Below are positions 11,584 to 25,113 of a stretch of 64,000 nt of DNA, one piece after another. Positions within the stretch are counted from its first letter, which is position 1, and the number at the start of each line of letters is the position of its first letter. The DNA comes from Centroscyllium fabricii (Eukaryota): the NCBI GenBank assembly GCA_051313645.2, contig JBNRSN020000004.1, forward strand, positions 95,046,001 through 95,110,000, written 5' to 3'. A program made the position numbers and the translations under genes. The notes beneath the pieces were generated by a model that ran no database searches, had not been told where the DNA came from, and worked only from the letters and a program-made list of their open reading frames with translations.

Positions 11584-12672
11584 TGTCATCGAGACCAAGA
11601 ATGGGCTTTGGGGAGAGACTGAGGCTTTCACATTTTAAAAAAGGTATTAACACACAATTTTGGAGTGGTTTTAATCATGTTATTGTGAAATGTAATTTTA
11701 TGTTCTCATTTTGGTTACTGTGAAGAAAAATTGGCTTTTTTTTTAAAAAAGCCTCTTGAATAATTTTATTATGCTTTTTCCTTTTCACTTATAGACAGAT
11801 TCGCTTGCCTGTTAACATTTTATGTCTTTACTCATTATTCATTGGCAGTTTTCTAACTGCTTTCTTACTGTTCATTCGTATGTTCCTATCCCTTCAGATT
11901 TCTGTTGGTTAAGATTGAGCCAAATAACAAGTACATGTTCGACATAAAACTTATATACTGGTTGACCTTGAATGGCTTTGCACGTGGAAAGTCAGTGTTG
12001 GAACAGTATTATTTATCTCTTTTTTAGGCTGACCATACACCCTAAAACCATAGACCACAGAAGCTGCTATTACAATAACGTGGAGGCTTTAATAACCGAA
12101 TAAACAGGAGAATGTAAACTGGAAGAAAATGTTTTGACACCATATGCAATTGCACAGAAACCAACACGAACCATGTGCCTCATGACACAATGAAAGGATA
12201 CTGATGAACATTGTCACAGTTCATAGAACAGCGGGCTGTTACCTTTTTTTTTAGGCACTAGTGAATTAAATGAAAAATAGTAGTGAATTAGTAAAGTGGG
12301 CACAACAACAAATCAGTAAAGTATTGGAGCAGCAGGCTCCAGTGAATCTTCATGTTGTTCCTTCCTTTTTGACGCTGTTACTTCCTGCCCCAGCAGCTAC
12401 AAACTAAGTTTCATTGGAAGTAGCTATGGCCAGGATAGAAGTATTCCTGGGAATGAAACCAGGAGCAGAGGTGTTTCTAGCGCAACGGCTAGTAATAGCA
12501 GTTGAATTGGTTCTGTAAAATCTACAGCATGGCTGTACTATTATATTTCTTGTATTTACATTGCCTTTCTTGTCAATTACTTCCAACATAGTTCAAAAGT
12601 ACATGCTTTACAAGATTTTCCCCACAGCCATCCTCAAGGCATTCGTCCTTTCTAATAAGGGTATTCTAATAA

Positions 12673-12983
12673 GGGCAGCACAGTGGCATAGTGGTTAGCA
12701 CTGTTGCCTCACAGCACCAGGGGCCCGGGTTCAAATCCGGCCTCGGGTGACTATCTGTGTGGAGTTTGCACATTCTCCCCGTGTCTGCGTGGGTTTCCTC
12801 CGGGTGCTCCGGTTTCCTCCCACAGTCCAAAGATGTGCGGGTTAGGTTGATTGGCCATGATAAATTGACCCTTAGTGTTGGGGGGATTAAATATCTGGGG
12901 TTACGGCGATAGGGTGGGATATGTGTCGGTGCAGGCTCGATGGGCCGAAATGGCCTCTATTTGCACTGTAGGGATTCTATGAT
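12673..12983 (+). mobile_element. HE1-like V-SINE with a short tail
   Basis: Same head and core as the copy at 8248; tail GGCCTCTATTTGCACTGTAGGGATTCTATGA. Confidence 0.9.
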
Positions 12984-13069
12984 TGACCTGAAATGTTAAC
13001 TCTGTTTCTCTCTCCACGGATGCTGCCTGACCTGCTGAGTGTTTCCAGCATTTTCTGTTATTTCTAATG

Positions 13070-13386
13070 GAGGTTGAACACCGTTAATCTGGCATGGGCG
13101 GGACCAGGCCCGCGCCGGTATAGTGAAAAAGCCGGAAGAATGAAGCCGTCCAGTGCGTGCACCATTCAAAATGGCCGCGTGCATGCGCAGAATATTGGAA
13201 ATGGGCGCCGTGAAATTTTGAATGATCTGCGCATGCACTCGCCGTTTGGCGGCGCATGCACAGATCATTAGCCGAAGCATCAATCTCGGCAGCCATTTTG
13301 CGCATGCGCAGGGCAGTCGGGACAATTTATGCCGGAAGACTGAAGTTGCCGGCTTTTCGGTTACTGGATTAACGGTCTTCAACCTG
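13070..13386. mobile_element. Tigger/pogo-type MITE (GCGCATGCGC-rich family)
   Basis: TIRs AGGTTGAACACCGTTAATC / GATTAACGGTCTTCAACCTG followed by TA. Inverted homolog of 18570-18947. Confidence 0.75.
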
Positions 13387-13836
13387 TAATTGCTTTGCTG
13401 GATTTAACTCTGTCGATGCTTTTGCAATGGTGGGGAAAGGGGCTCTCAAACTGTTTGAGCATGCTGAGTGAATAATCCTGGCGTGTTTTTATATACTCCT
13501 TCCACTCTCCCCGCCATCACCACCCCCCCCCCGCCCCCCCCTCAACCATGGTGGTCATTAGACTCGAGAAGCAGCTGTTCTCTGCATTTTGTGAATTATA
13601 GTATATCTGGTTAACTTACAGAAAAGGCAATAGGAAGAACATACAATAATGTCGACAGGAAAAGACCAACAAGTCCATATAGCCTGTCCCATGAAAATTG
13701 CAATGCAGTCTCCTGGGAGAGGCAAAACAAACAAGGCCAATTTATCCAATAAAATCTGGAAAATTACCCTCCAATCCCTCTAGGTGATCTAAACTAGTCC
13801 AGGAGAGCACATTGACCATGACTTGTATTATTTACG

Positions 13837-14150
13837 ATGTGGATGAACGGACACCACACAACAATCGCCAGGCAGGAGTGTTCCCTCCCAGTCGGGGAAC
13901 AGTTCAGCAGTCAAGGACATTCGGCCTCCGATCTTCGGGTAAGCATTCTCCAAGGCGGCCTTCGAGACATACGACAACGCAAAATCGTCGAGCAGAAACT
14001 GATAGCCAAGTTCCGCACTCATGAGGACGGCCTCAACCGGGATCTTGGCTTCATGTAACACCACCTGACGTAGAGTCATCCAGACTCGAGTCGTCTTTGG
14101 CTTGTTCTCACTACACAGATGCGGCTGTACCGGCTGCGATTTCCAGCAAG
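13837..14150 (+). mobile_element. Penelope-like element 3' end (GIY-YIG endonuclease C-terminus)
   Basis: MNGHHTTI...LPVGEQF...EQKLIAKFRTHEDGLNRD, followed by a degenerate hammerhead-like CTGACG...GACTCGA. Confidence 0.85.
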
Positions 14151-14185
14151 AATTTTTTTTTTTTAATTGTTCTGTGTTGGTTTTT

Positions 14186-14495
14186 CACACAGACCCCAGC
14201 ATGTGCAGCATTTGACCCTTTGTGACTCCACCTCATTGTTCTTCGGGTGGTGTCTTCCTGACTGACCTGTTTGGACACCATTCACACCTTTGATTGGTAT
14301 GAATCTCTGCCAAGGTGTGATGAAGGGCAGTTGGAAAGATTACCTGTAATCATCCAGCATTGTTCTCCGACTATATATGCTGTGTCTTTATGCATCTCTC
14401 TACTTCACCTGATGAAGGAGCAACGCTCCGAAAGCTTGTGATTTCAAATAAAACTGTTGGACTATAACCTGGTGTTGTGTGAATTCTTACATTTG
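14186..14495 (+). mobile_element. Penelope pseudo-LTR fragment with an intact hammerhead motif at 14405-14441
   Basis: TCACCTGATGAAGGAGCAACGCTCCGAAAGCTTGTGA; homologous to 8776-9085. Confidence 0.75.
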
Positions 14496-14659
14496 TATAA
14501 TTTACTACCTACCTCTTTGTATGATGAGATCTCCGTCCCAGCCAGAAGCCAGTCCAGCTCTCCCTCTTGACTGTATACAGTGAATCAGCACTCACCGCAT
14601 AAGAAGTTAGAACTGTGGTCCCAGACCAGTGAGAGCAGTGGGCCTCCACGGGTAAATCC

Positions 14660-14855
14660 TAAGCTCTGAAATTCTCTCCCGGAACCTCTCCACCAGTCCT
14701 TCTTTAACACACTCCTGATGAGATTCCCATTCCCATTTAACCAAGCTTTTAGTTACCCGGCTTCATATTTCTTCCTTTGGCACGATGTCCGATTACACTC
14801 CTGTGAAGTGCCTTGGGGATGTTTTACTATAGTGAAGGCACTATATAAATAAAAG
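14660..14855 (+). mobile_element. L2-like LINE 3' end, degenerate
   Basis: Reverse-complement homolog of 26636-26860; ends AAGGCACTATATAAAT. Confidence 0.55.
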
Positions 14856-16080
14856 TAGTTGCTTTTGTTTAAATGTGGACAGGGAGATTTTACACACAAA
14901 AGGTAAGTATGGATATGCTTAATTTTTTTAACGTTAGAAATATTATTTGTTGGTCAATATCTGAAGCCCCTTCAACAAATACTTGAGCAATGTCATTTGG
15001 TTCCCCTTCTTCTGCTTGCTCGTTCCACGCAGTTGCCTTTGCTTTACTATCAACTCATTCATTGATACTTTGCCTGTCAGCTTGATGTTTGCTCATCGGA
15101 AGGCTTCTAATGAGACCATCCGTATTGTCCAGTTAAGTGATTTTATTATGATTTTGTTTTTTTAACAGTTGAATTGAGCCAGTGAAAGTGTGTAATACAG
15201 ACTGCACACTGTGCATTTCTGACAAACTGAAATGTGATGCCTGCAAACTGCAAGGCTTTTTAATGTGGATGGGTGTTTTATTCGGACTATTGTGATGCAA
15301 ATAAACTGTTGTAAAATTGAACAAAGTTTACTTTTGTGGGGGGAGGAAGGAGGAAAAGGTGATGTAAGTGATCTTTGGGCGGTGAGTCATTTATAAACCA
15401 ACAACTATGAGCTGGGGTTATCTGTTCTAGAGGTTATTTATTTTTACCAATGATTGTTCTGTGTTTACAACACAAATGTTGATCCATGGTAATTTGTAGA
15501 CACTCATGAATGCTGTGAACGATCACATTCTTTTATTACCTGCTGGGAGTTTATGGATCAGTGTAAACCGCATTCTGATTGTGGATCCTTTTTCGTATAA
15601 TATTTCTAATCTTTAACAGTAAATCATTTGACATTTGTGTTTAAACTTGTACAGCTTGTTGACCAGCACTTAAATCTGCACTGAGTAATTCACAGCATGT
15701 GGGCCACACTGTTTGTAATGAGTAAGCATTGATCCACAGCTAATCTGTTGTAACCTATTTTCTTCTTATTGATTTGAGTTTCCTGACTTCCATGTTAAGA
15801 ATGGGCAAACATTGCTGTTTGTTAAGTTACTAGTGGATATTTTTTTGGTTGCTTTCTGTTCGGGCTAGGCAGAAAACCTATGGCCGAACAGTACTGGGTA
15901 GGTGACAGCCACTACTATCTTTTGCAAGATTTTTCTTTCTGCGCAATCTAACGTGGTCAGTCCAAGCACACTTCTTGCTTACATAGGCTGAATGCCTACT
16001 CTTGTTCTTAATGAGCATGTCTCGGCATTCAATTAGATTATGGCACGGTGGCATAGTGGTTAGCACTGTTGCCTCACAGC

Positions 16081-16440
16081 GCTGGGGACCCGGGTTCAAA
16101 TCCAGCCTCGGGTACTATCTGTGTGGAGTTTGCACATTCTCCCCATGTCTGCGTGGGTTTCCTCCGGGTGCTCCGGTTTCCTCCAACAGTCCAAAGATGT
16201 GCGGGTTAGGTTGATTGGCCATGATAAATTGACCCTTGGTGTTAGGGGGATTGAATGTGTGGGGTTATGGGGATAGGGTGGGGCATGTGTCGGTGTAGGC
16301 TCGAGAGGGATCGAGGGATATGGGGAGAGGGCAGGGGTGGGGTACTGATTTGGAAGATCAGCCATGATCTCATTGACTGGTGGAGCAGGCTCGAAGGGCC
16401 GAATGGCCTACTCCTGCTCCTATCTTCTATGTTTCTATGT
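16081..16440 (+). mobile_element. HE1-like V-SINE with a long CR1 tail (head begins near 16041)
   Basis: B box GGTTCAAATCC, V-core and tail as in the copy at 8248. Confidence 0.85.
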
Positions 16441-16509
16441 AAACGCCACCTACCCGCCTTAGTTCCATAATCCTGAACACTCTTCCGTCTCCATTTTGAA
16501 ATTTCCATT

Positions 16510-16832
16510 TTCATTTTTATTTCCTCAAGAGTTTAAGATTTCCACACAAATGAAGAAGTGCTTCTTGACCTCACTCCTGAACTGCCAAGCTCTAATTTGA
16601 AGGTTATGCTCCGTTGTTCTGGACTCCCTCACCTGAGGAAATAGTTTTTCCTCATCGTATCAACCCCTTTAATCACCTTTTAAACACCTCAATTAGATCA
16701 CCCCTTAATCTTCTATCATCGATAGAAAACAAGCCTAGTTTATGCAACTTGTCCTCTTAATTTAACCCTTTTAGCCCTGAGATCATTCTGGTGAATCTGT
16801 GTTGTACCCACTCCCAAGGCCAATATATCCAA
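16510..16832 (-). mobile_element. Old CR1 3' fragment
   Basis: Reverse strand reads degenerate RFTRMISG...LHKLGLFS...RLRGDLIEVFK. Confidence 0.65.
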
Positions 16833-17762
16833 GTCTCTTAACATCCTTTTTGGAGCTAAATGTATGTAAATAATCTAGCTGTTAACAATCCTCATCAAAA
16901 CATGTTGCTGATTTTGAAATGTTCATGGATCAGCAGACCCAAGAAAGGCTCAACAAGACCAAGTGACCGAGTGTACTATGTTTTAAAATTATTGACAAAA
17001 AGAACTTCTTTCTAGAACCGTCCCTTTTTTATTTCCAATATGCTCCATCCATGTTTATATTACAGGGTAAATATGGACATTAATTCTTGGTTTTGGGATT
17101 TGTCATGTTTGGTACAAACCTCTTGAAATGACAGAAGTTTATTCTCCAAGGTCATTGTAATCCATGTAAATTGGTCTGATTTCTGGTAGATATTTTTTCT
17201 ACCTTTTATTGGTCTCGTGTATATTAGAGAGCGAAGGGGGAAATTGGTTAAAAAAAAAAGCAATGAATATGGATATTCCTGGTCATTTCTAGACGTCCAT
17301 ACTGAATGTGTTTTTGGAAGACTATGCATTAAACTTATGATCATTTTACCTGTAGTCTGATGCCTCTGATCAACAGTGTTCAAATTTATGGGGTAAACAA
17401 AAGCAACCCTCTGATCAGAAAACACCCAGCACACAAGTTGAAAATTAAACCTGCCATAATTTAATGGCACCTTGTAACTGAATAACTTGCTACGAAGTGC
17501 AGAATGTATGGAGTTTATTCACCCATGAGTGACCTGTGGTACTAAAACTTTTCATTTTTAATTTGTGAAATAATGCCTACGGAAGTTTATAGATCCTGTT
17601 GATTACAGGGTGCTTCACATTTCCTCGTGATCAAGAGTTCTCCCAATATGAGTTCCATTTCCTTTAAATCTGAATTTGCTGGCATTTGGTATTGAATCTG
17701 TTAACTGTTACTAGCACAAACTGAGCAAAAACCCATGCACAACATTTTAAACCAGCCAGACA

Positions 17763-18147
17763 GGGTGGCACGGTGGCACAGTGGTTAGCATTGTTGTCTC
17801 ACAGCACTGGAGACCCGGGTTCAAATCCAGCCTCGGGTACTATCTGTGTGGAGTTTGCACATTCTCCCCGTGTCTGCGTGGGTTTCCTCCGGGTGCTCCG
17901 GTTTCCTCCCACAGTCCAAAGATGTGCGGGTTAGGTTGATTGGCCATGATAAATTGACCCTTGGTGTTAGGGGGATTGAATATATGGGGATAGGGTGGGA
18001 TATGTGTCGGTGCAGGCTCGATAGGGATTTGGGGAGAGGGCAGGGGCGGGGTACTGGGTTTGGATGATCAGCCATGATCTCATTGAATGGCGGAGCAGGC
18101 TCGAAGGGCCGAATGGCCTACTCCTGCTCCTAGTTTCTATGTTTCTA
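17763..18147 (+). mobile_element. HE1-like V-SINE with a long CR1 tail
   Basis: Near-identical to 8248-8655. Confidence 0.9.
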
Positions 18148-18569
18148 TTGAAGTATACCCCACATAATAATTTCACGACTGGGACTTAAACTCTGGATTT
18201 AGGAAAATTTTAAAAATTGCTCAAGATTCACTCTTGTGCTTTGTCAATTAGATTATTGCTGCATAACTAATGTACTCCAGTTTTTATTTCAGTTTGGAGT
18301 GATATTTAGTATGTTTTTGGTGGCCGATCTAGCTTGTCATAGTTTTATTTGTTTCTTTACAAAGTACAGAAGTATTTAAATGCAGTTCATTTGAATTTGT
18401 TTTTGTGACGCTGTTTCCAGGAGAACTGATTCCCTAGTTATCCATTGTGATCTTTCTGTTACTTCTTTCTGGTTTTTTAAGTGTTAACCTATAAAGTGCA
18501 CACTTTGACCAAATTTCTTCACTGGTAATGTTTTCTAATTATATCTGTTGTCCCTTGATTCTCCTGTTA

Positions 18570-18947
18570 CAGGTTGAGCACAGTTAATCCGTTACCCGAA
18601 AAACCGGCAGCTTCAGATGTCGGGCAACGATTTCCCCGACTGCCCTGCGCATGTGCAAAATGGCCGCCGCGCGTGGCTGCGCATGCCCAGGCCTCTCCGA
18701 CTGGTCTGCGCATGCGCAACATGGCTGCTTGGCTGCGCATGCCCGGGCCTCCCCGAACAATTGATGCTTCGGCGAATGATCTGCGCATGCGCCGCCAAAT
18801 GGTGAGCGCATGCGCAGAGCATTCAAAACTTCGGTGGCCATTTTGAATGGTCTGCGCATGTGCCGCCAAAGCTTCAATCATTCGCTGTTTTCAACAATTC
18901 GGCATGGTGCTGGTCCCAACCCTGCTAGATTAACGAACTTCAACCTG
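18570..18947. mobile_element. Tigger/pogo-type MITE
   Basis: TA|CAGGTTGAGCACAGTTAATC ... GATTAACGAACTTCAACCTG|TA. Confidence 0.85.
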
Positions 18948-19172
18948 TAATAAAATGAAGAACTGTTTTAAAATCCTTTCATTTGATGGGGAATGTCATG
19001 GGCAGTCAGCATCATACTTAGGTTCAGTTCATTGGAACACATACCCAATGTTGTAAACCCAAAAGCATAGTAGTGATTTTCAGCTTAATCTATATCTTTT
19101 GCTTCTCCTCCTTGCTCTGGTATCTGCTGTAAAATGAGTGGGGATATTGACCATATTTCTGTTCCCTTTCAG

Positions 19173-19293
19173 GTGTTCCAGCAAACGTAGCTGACCTGAG
19201 GAATCTGGAAGTGCTGAATGTTTTCAACAATCAGATAGAAGACCTTCCAACACAAATCAGCAGCCTGCAGAAACTGAAACACCTTAACCTTGG
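19173..19293 (+). CDS. rsu1: Ras suppressor protein 1, internal coding exon (121 bp)
   Basis: Acceptor ttccctttcAG and donor GTaggt. Encodes VPANVADLRNLEVLNVFNNQIEDLPTQISSLQKLKHLNLG, which matches the RSU1 LRR sequence as recalled. Phase joins the next exon (GG|C). Confidence 0.95.
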
Positions 19294-19866
19294 GTAGGTA
19301 GATCTTAATGGGCAGTAGCGTTGGAATATACTGGAGTGGGAGAATAAAGAAACCGGAAAATGGGGGGAGGACAGAGTAGAGAGATCAAAGTGGCCATTCA
19401 CAAATTCAACATTTTTGATTAAATCCTACAAATAGCCTAACTTTAGTATTTAAATGATTAAATTCCAAACAGGGGGACACAATTCAAGCATTACATGCTT
19501 CTTTTCTCTCTTCCCTTGCTTCTCTTTACCCTGCCCCCATCCAACCACCCCAGCACCTAGCTTCAGAAAGGCACTCTCTTGTTCAAGAAGAACATTTCAA
19601 TTTCTTGTACTCCACCATCCAATGCCCTTTTCAATGCCAGATTACTGAATTAGTATTTAAATTTGTGCAGCTTTATGCTGCGAACTCCTGTCCACTGGGC
19701 TATTGGATTTGGTGTACCTAATCTCATTTTACTCAAAACCCACAAATTGCTGTTCGATGAGAACATTTATCATGTCTGGCTAGACTGATTTCAAAATCAG
19801 ATCTGGGAAGGTGAAAGGCTCGTGTTCTGGTGCAGTATGCGCTCCATCTCCCTTTCACTTCAAGCA

Positions 19867-20000
19867 AAAAGTCACACAACACCAGGTTTAAAGTCCAACG
19901 TTTTATTTTAAATTTAAAATAAAACGTTGGACTTTAAACCTGGTGTTGTGTGACTTTTTGCATTTGTCCACCCCAGTCCAACACCGGCACCTCCGCATTA
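19867..20000. mobile_element. Short Penelope fold-back insertion without the ribozyme
   Basis: Palindrome centred near 19913 with the same 3' tail as 1503-1721. 12-bp TSD TCACTTCAAGCA at 19855-19866 and 20001-20012. Confidence 0.8.
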
Positions 20001-21569
20001 TCACTTCAAGCAGTAAGCTTCCACTCTAACTCTTTTGATCCCTTTCCATCTGAAAAGGTGTATCTGTATCTTGAGATTTGGTATTCATTATTCAGTTAGA
20101 AGGTTTGGACTGGACTATTGTGTTGATCATTTCTAAATATGATTTTTGAGCATGAAACACATTTAATAAATTTTTGTCATTGTCGAATAAGATTTTTACT
20201 GTTGCAAAGCTGGTGGGTCTTGTGTGTCCTTCCTCATGGGTCATGGGAGCATGGGCTAATTGGGTGAGAGTCGAAGTGGGGTCAATTTCCGATAACCTGG
20301 CAACCACGAACAGCAAAATATGGGCCTGGCAGCAAAGCTAATCTTAACTGTAGGTCAGGAAGAACTGTTGGGGCTACGGTTGGGAGCAGAAGCATCAGGT
20401 TCAGGCTGGGGAGAACAACCGAGTCATTGAGGCTGAGGGGTAAATTTTCATTGCGCCGTGAGGCGGGCTTTTCGGTGGGGTGGGCCGCAAAATTGCTAAA
20501 CCGGGTGGCCGGGCGGGGGGGGGGGGGGAGGGCTGACCACCTCCCCGCCCCGGATCCCTGCCGCTTTGCCATTTCCCGCCGCCCTGTCTCCCCGCCCTGA
20601 ATCTTTCCCGCAGGCAGGGATGGTCCTTAGGCTCATTAAGGGCCCTTAATTGACATCTGTAATGCCATTTTAAGGGCCCTTAGCGATTTTCAGACGTTCC
20701 CCACACAAATGCCGCCAGCTGCAAACCCCGCCACTGAAACCTAGCGGGAACACAATCTGATTGCTGACTCTCAGCAGCAGCTCCATCATAAGGTCTGACT
20801 TTGAATCAGCCATCATATGCAGGTGGCAGGACCTTATTTTTTCTGGCTTGGGGCAACATTTAGAAGTCCTAATCACACAATTCAATTCAATTCAAGTTTT
20901 ATTGTCATTGCAGAGTACTAGTACAATACAACGAGACAAAGACTCGACACTTGTGGTAGGTTGGAACCTCACACACATCTCCAGTGTGAACTCCTGGGAA
21001 ACCCCTCTCTGCACCTTCACTCAGCACTTCCTCAGCAGAGGCATATGCCAGAAGCGTGGAAGCCATTTAGGTTATGCCTTTCTGGGCATTAGATGAGCTC
21101 CCACACCAGCTGCGGCACCAGCAGTACCAGGAACAGCAGCAGCAGGAGCGTCGGGCTGCTGCTCACCCACCCACTCCTCCATCTGCTCCTGGAGTTCCAG
21201 CACTGCCGATCTAGTGGATGGACCCAGACGCAGAGGGTCGACATTGAGCTGAGCTGGCAGAGTCCTGCACCCTCTGACTAGGACTCTCCACTGCTGTCCT
21301 TGTCTGGATACTTAGGAGACAAAGATAGAGTGAGGTGGCAAGACCAAGGGCACTTCATATGTGCTGTCAGTTGTGTTCAAAGCACCAGCGTGATAGGGAG
21401 TGTGAGGGCTGCATGGTGGAATAGTTATGTGAATGTGAGCATAGAGAGAGAGGGAATGGGTAAGGGTGCATGGATGTGTGTCAAGTGGGATGTGGAGGAA
21501 GAGATTGCTGAAGCTGAGTGCTGGTGAGGAAAGGCATTGGGGATCAGATTGAGGGTGATGGGAGTTCCA

Positions 21570-21810
21570 TCCTCACTTTTCCAGTGTGCAGAGGGTCATG
21601 AAATCTCTTCCTGCACTGAATGCAGGTTCTGCGGGGTACTGATAATGAGTTGCCCTCCTCTGCTACCTGGATACACACAGCCTGCTGGGGAGACATTTTC
21701 CTCCCTGAAGAAGGGAAGTGCACCTCTTTATGAGCTCTTACTCCCTCAAATGAAGCTTGCAGGGCCACATCATCAAACCTGGAAGCAGACCTATGTCTCT
21801 CGATGGTCAT
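21570..21810 (-). pseudogene. Harbinger Myb/SANT-like DNA-binding protein, first exon remnant
   Basis: SRFDDVALQASFEGVRAHKEVHFP...VAEEGNSLSVPRRTCIQCRKRFHD fits the Harbinger Myb/SANT pattern. It ends at an AAG|GTGAG donor-like site. Confidence 0.7.
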
Positions 21811-21908
21811 TCCGCCTCCAGGTCCCTCTGGCATGAAAGGGCACAAGGTTGGCAGTCCGCAGCAGAAGCAAGGCTTGCTGTGGACCTTAAATGCACCAGC
21901 AACGATGA

Positions 21909-24900
21909 CATAGAATCATAGAAGATAGGAGCAGGAGTAGGCCATTCGGCCCTTCGAGCCTGCTCCGCCATTCAATGAGATCATGGCTGATCTTTAGTAA
22001 GCTAGTACCCCGTCCCTGCCTTTTCTCCGTAACCTTTAATCCCTTTAGCTTGAAGAAATATATCTAATTCCCTCTTGAATATGTTTAATGAACTGGCCTC
22101 CACCGCCCTCTGTGGCAAGGAATTCCACAGGCCCACCACTCTCTGAGTGAAGAAATTCTTCCTCATGTCTGTCCTAAATGGCTTACCCCTTATTCTTAGA
22201 CCGTGGCCCCTGGTTCTGGACTCCCCCGCCATTGGAAACATTCTCTCTGAATCTAACCTGTCCAGACCTTTCAGAATTTTATACGTCTCCATGAGATCGC
22301 CTCTCAATCTTCTAAACTCCAACGATTACAAGCCCAGACTACATAATCTCTCCTCGTAGGTCATTCCTGCCATTCCAGGAATCAGCCTGGTGAAACGCCG
22401 CTGCACTCCTTCCATGGCAAGAACATCCTTCCTCAGGCGAGGCGACCAGAACTGTACACAATACTCGAGGTGTGGTCTCACCAGTGCCCTGTACAGCTGT
22501 AGTAAGGTATCCTTATTCCTATACTCGAACCCTCTTGATATGAAGGCCAACACACCATTTGCCTTCCTAACCGCCTGCTGCACCTGCGTGCTCGCCTTCA
22601 GCGACTGGTGCACAAGAACACCCAGGTCTCTTTGCACCTCCCCATCTCCCAATCTATTGCCATTTAAGTAATAATCTACCCTCCTGTTTTTGCCCCCAAA
22701 GTGGATAACCTCACATTTATCCACAATATAGTGCATCCGCCATCTATCTGCCCAGTCCCCCAACTTATCCAAATCGCCCTGTAACTTCCTGACACCCTCT
22801 TCAGAGCCCGCCCCCCCTCCTAGTTTGGTGTCATCCGCGAATTTGGAGATATTACATTCAATTCCCTGATCCAGATCATTAATATATATTGTAAACAGCT
22901 GGGGTCCCAGGACAGACCCCTGCGGTACCCCACCAGTCACCGGCTGCCACTCAGAAAACGAGCCGTTAATTCCAACTCTCTGTTTTCTATCTGCCAACCA
23001 GTTCTCTATCCACATCAAAACTTTGCCCCCAATCCCATGAGCCTTAATTTTACATGCTAATCTTTTATGTGGAACCTTATCGAAGGCTTTCTGGAAGTCA
23101 AGGTACACCACATCTACTGGCTCTGCCCCATCTATTTTCCGAGTTACTTCCTCAAAGAATTCCAATAGATTAGTTAAACACGATTTACCTTTTGTAAATC
23201 CATGTTGACTCTGTCCGATCTCATCCCTAATTGTCAAATGCTCCGAGATTACATCCTTGATAATGGACTCGAGCATTTTGCCCACTACTGATGTAAGGCT
23301 TACTGGTCTATAATTCCCTGCTTTCTCTCTGCCCCCCTTTTTAAATAGTGGGGTAACATTAGCCACCCTCCAATCCGTGGGTACTGATCCAGAGTCTATC
23401 GAGTTCTGGAAAATGATCCTTAAAGCACCCGCTATTTCCAGGGCCACCTCTTTAAGTACCCTAGGATGTAGATTATCAGGCCCTGGGGATTTGTCGGCCT
23501 TCAATCCCTTCAACTTCCCCAAAACCATCTCCTTAGAAATACTGATATCTGTCAGCTCCTCCCTTGCATTAGACCCTAAGTTCGCTGCTATCCCTGGGAG
23601 GTTGCTTGTGTCCTCCTTTGTGAAGACAGAACCAAAATATGAATTTAGTTGGTCTGCCATTTCTTTATTCCCCATTATATATTCCCCTGAATCGGACTGC
23701 AAGGGACCGACTTGGGATTTTACCAATCTTTTCCTCTTGATGTACCTATAAAAGCTTTTGCAGTCAGTTTTTATGTTTGCCGCAAGCTTACATTCGTAAT
23801 CTATCTTCCCCCTCCTGATTAATCCCTTTGTCTTCCTTTGCTGTATCCTGAACTGCTCCCAATCTTCCGGCCTGGTAGTTTTTTTGGCCAATTGATATGC
23901 CCATTTTTTGGATTTAATGTTGTCCCTTATTTCCCTTGTTATCCACGGTTGAGTCACCTTTCTAGGTTTATTCTTATGCCAAACCGGTATAAACGAGTTC
24001 TGTAATTCTTCCATTCTATACTTGAATGCTTGCCATTGTCTATCCACATTCAATCCCCCCATAAACACTGCCCAATCAATTTTACTTAATTCCCTTCTCA
24101 TACCTTCATAATTCCCCTTATTTAAATTAAGGACTTTAGTCTCTGAGTTGATCTTTTCACTTTCCATCTCAACTGAGAATTCGATCATATTATGATCGCT
24201 CCGACCCAAGGGGCCTCGTACAACTAGATTGCTAATTAGTCCCTTCTCATTGCACAATACCCAGTCTAAGATGGCCTGATCCCGAGTTGGTTCCTCGACG
24301 TATTGGTCCAGGTAACCGTCCCGTAAACATTCTAGGAATTCCTCCTCCTCAGTATTTTTACTAATTTGGCTAGTCCAATCAATATGTAGATTAAAGTCGC
24401 CCATGACGACAGCTGTGCCCTTATTGCACGCTTCTCTAATTTCCCTTTTTATGCCGTCCCCCACCTCCATATTACTATTTGGAGGCCTATATATAACTCC
24501 CACTAATGTTTTCCGCCCTTTACTATTTCTTAGTTCTACCCATATAGATTCCGTATCATCTGAGTTAATATCCTTCCTTTCAATTGCATTTATCCCCTCT
24601 TTCACCAGCAATGCCACCCCACCTCCCTTTCTTTTGTGCCGATCCTTTCTGAATGTTGTATACCCCGGGATGTTGAGTTCCCAGCCTTGCCCACCCTGCA
24701 GCCATGTTTCCGTAATTCCAATCAACTCATATTTGCTTACCTCTATTTCAACAGCTAGTTCATCCACCTTGTTCCTAATGCTTCTTGCATTAAGATACAA
24801 AGCCTTTTAGGCTTGTTTTGATCACACTATTATGAATTAGTTTGGCCCTTTGTGTTTCTCTCCCTTGCTTATTGCTTCTCACCTTCCTACCATTTATTTC

Positions 24901-25113
24901 TGGCTTCTTATGACTTCCCTCTTTTCCACTACCTAGGTTCCCACCCCCCTGCCATACTAGTTTAAAACCTCCCGAACCGCTTTAGTAAATATTACCCCGA
25001 GGACATCTTTTCCATCTCTGTTCAAGTGCAGACCGTCCCTTTGGTACAGGTCCGACCTCCCCCAGAACTGGTTCCAATGCCTCAGGAATTTAAATCCCTC
25101 CCTCTTGCACCAC
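21909..25113 (-). mobile_element. Young CR1 LINE, 5'-truncated within the end of ORF1
   Basis: TTCTATGA tail, complete ORF2 and the last codons of ORF1. Confidence 0.95.
22002..24800 (-). pseudogene. CR1 ORF2 (APE endonuclease + RT) with one premature in-frame stop at 22326-22328
   Basis: YLNARSI, ITETW, GDFN, SDHN (APE); [12 protein letters not shown] (RT). The 824-aa and 106-aa ORFs are in the same frame. Confidence 0.95.

Noticed and set aside
1-19172. Upstream rsu1 exon (LSHITQLVLSHNKL-like)
   Set aside because: No matching spliceable exon found by eye, and none for the next downstream exon after 36092; both probably lie outside the window.
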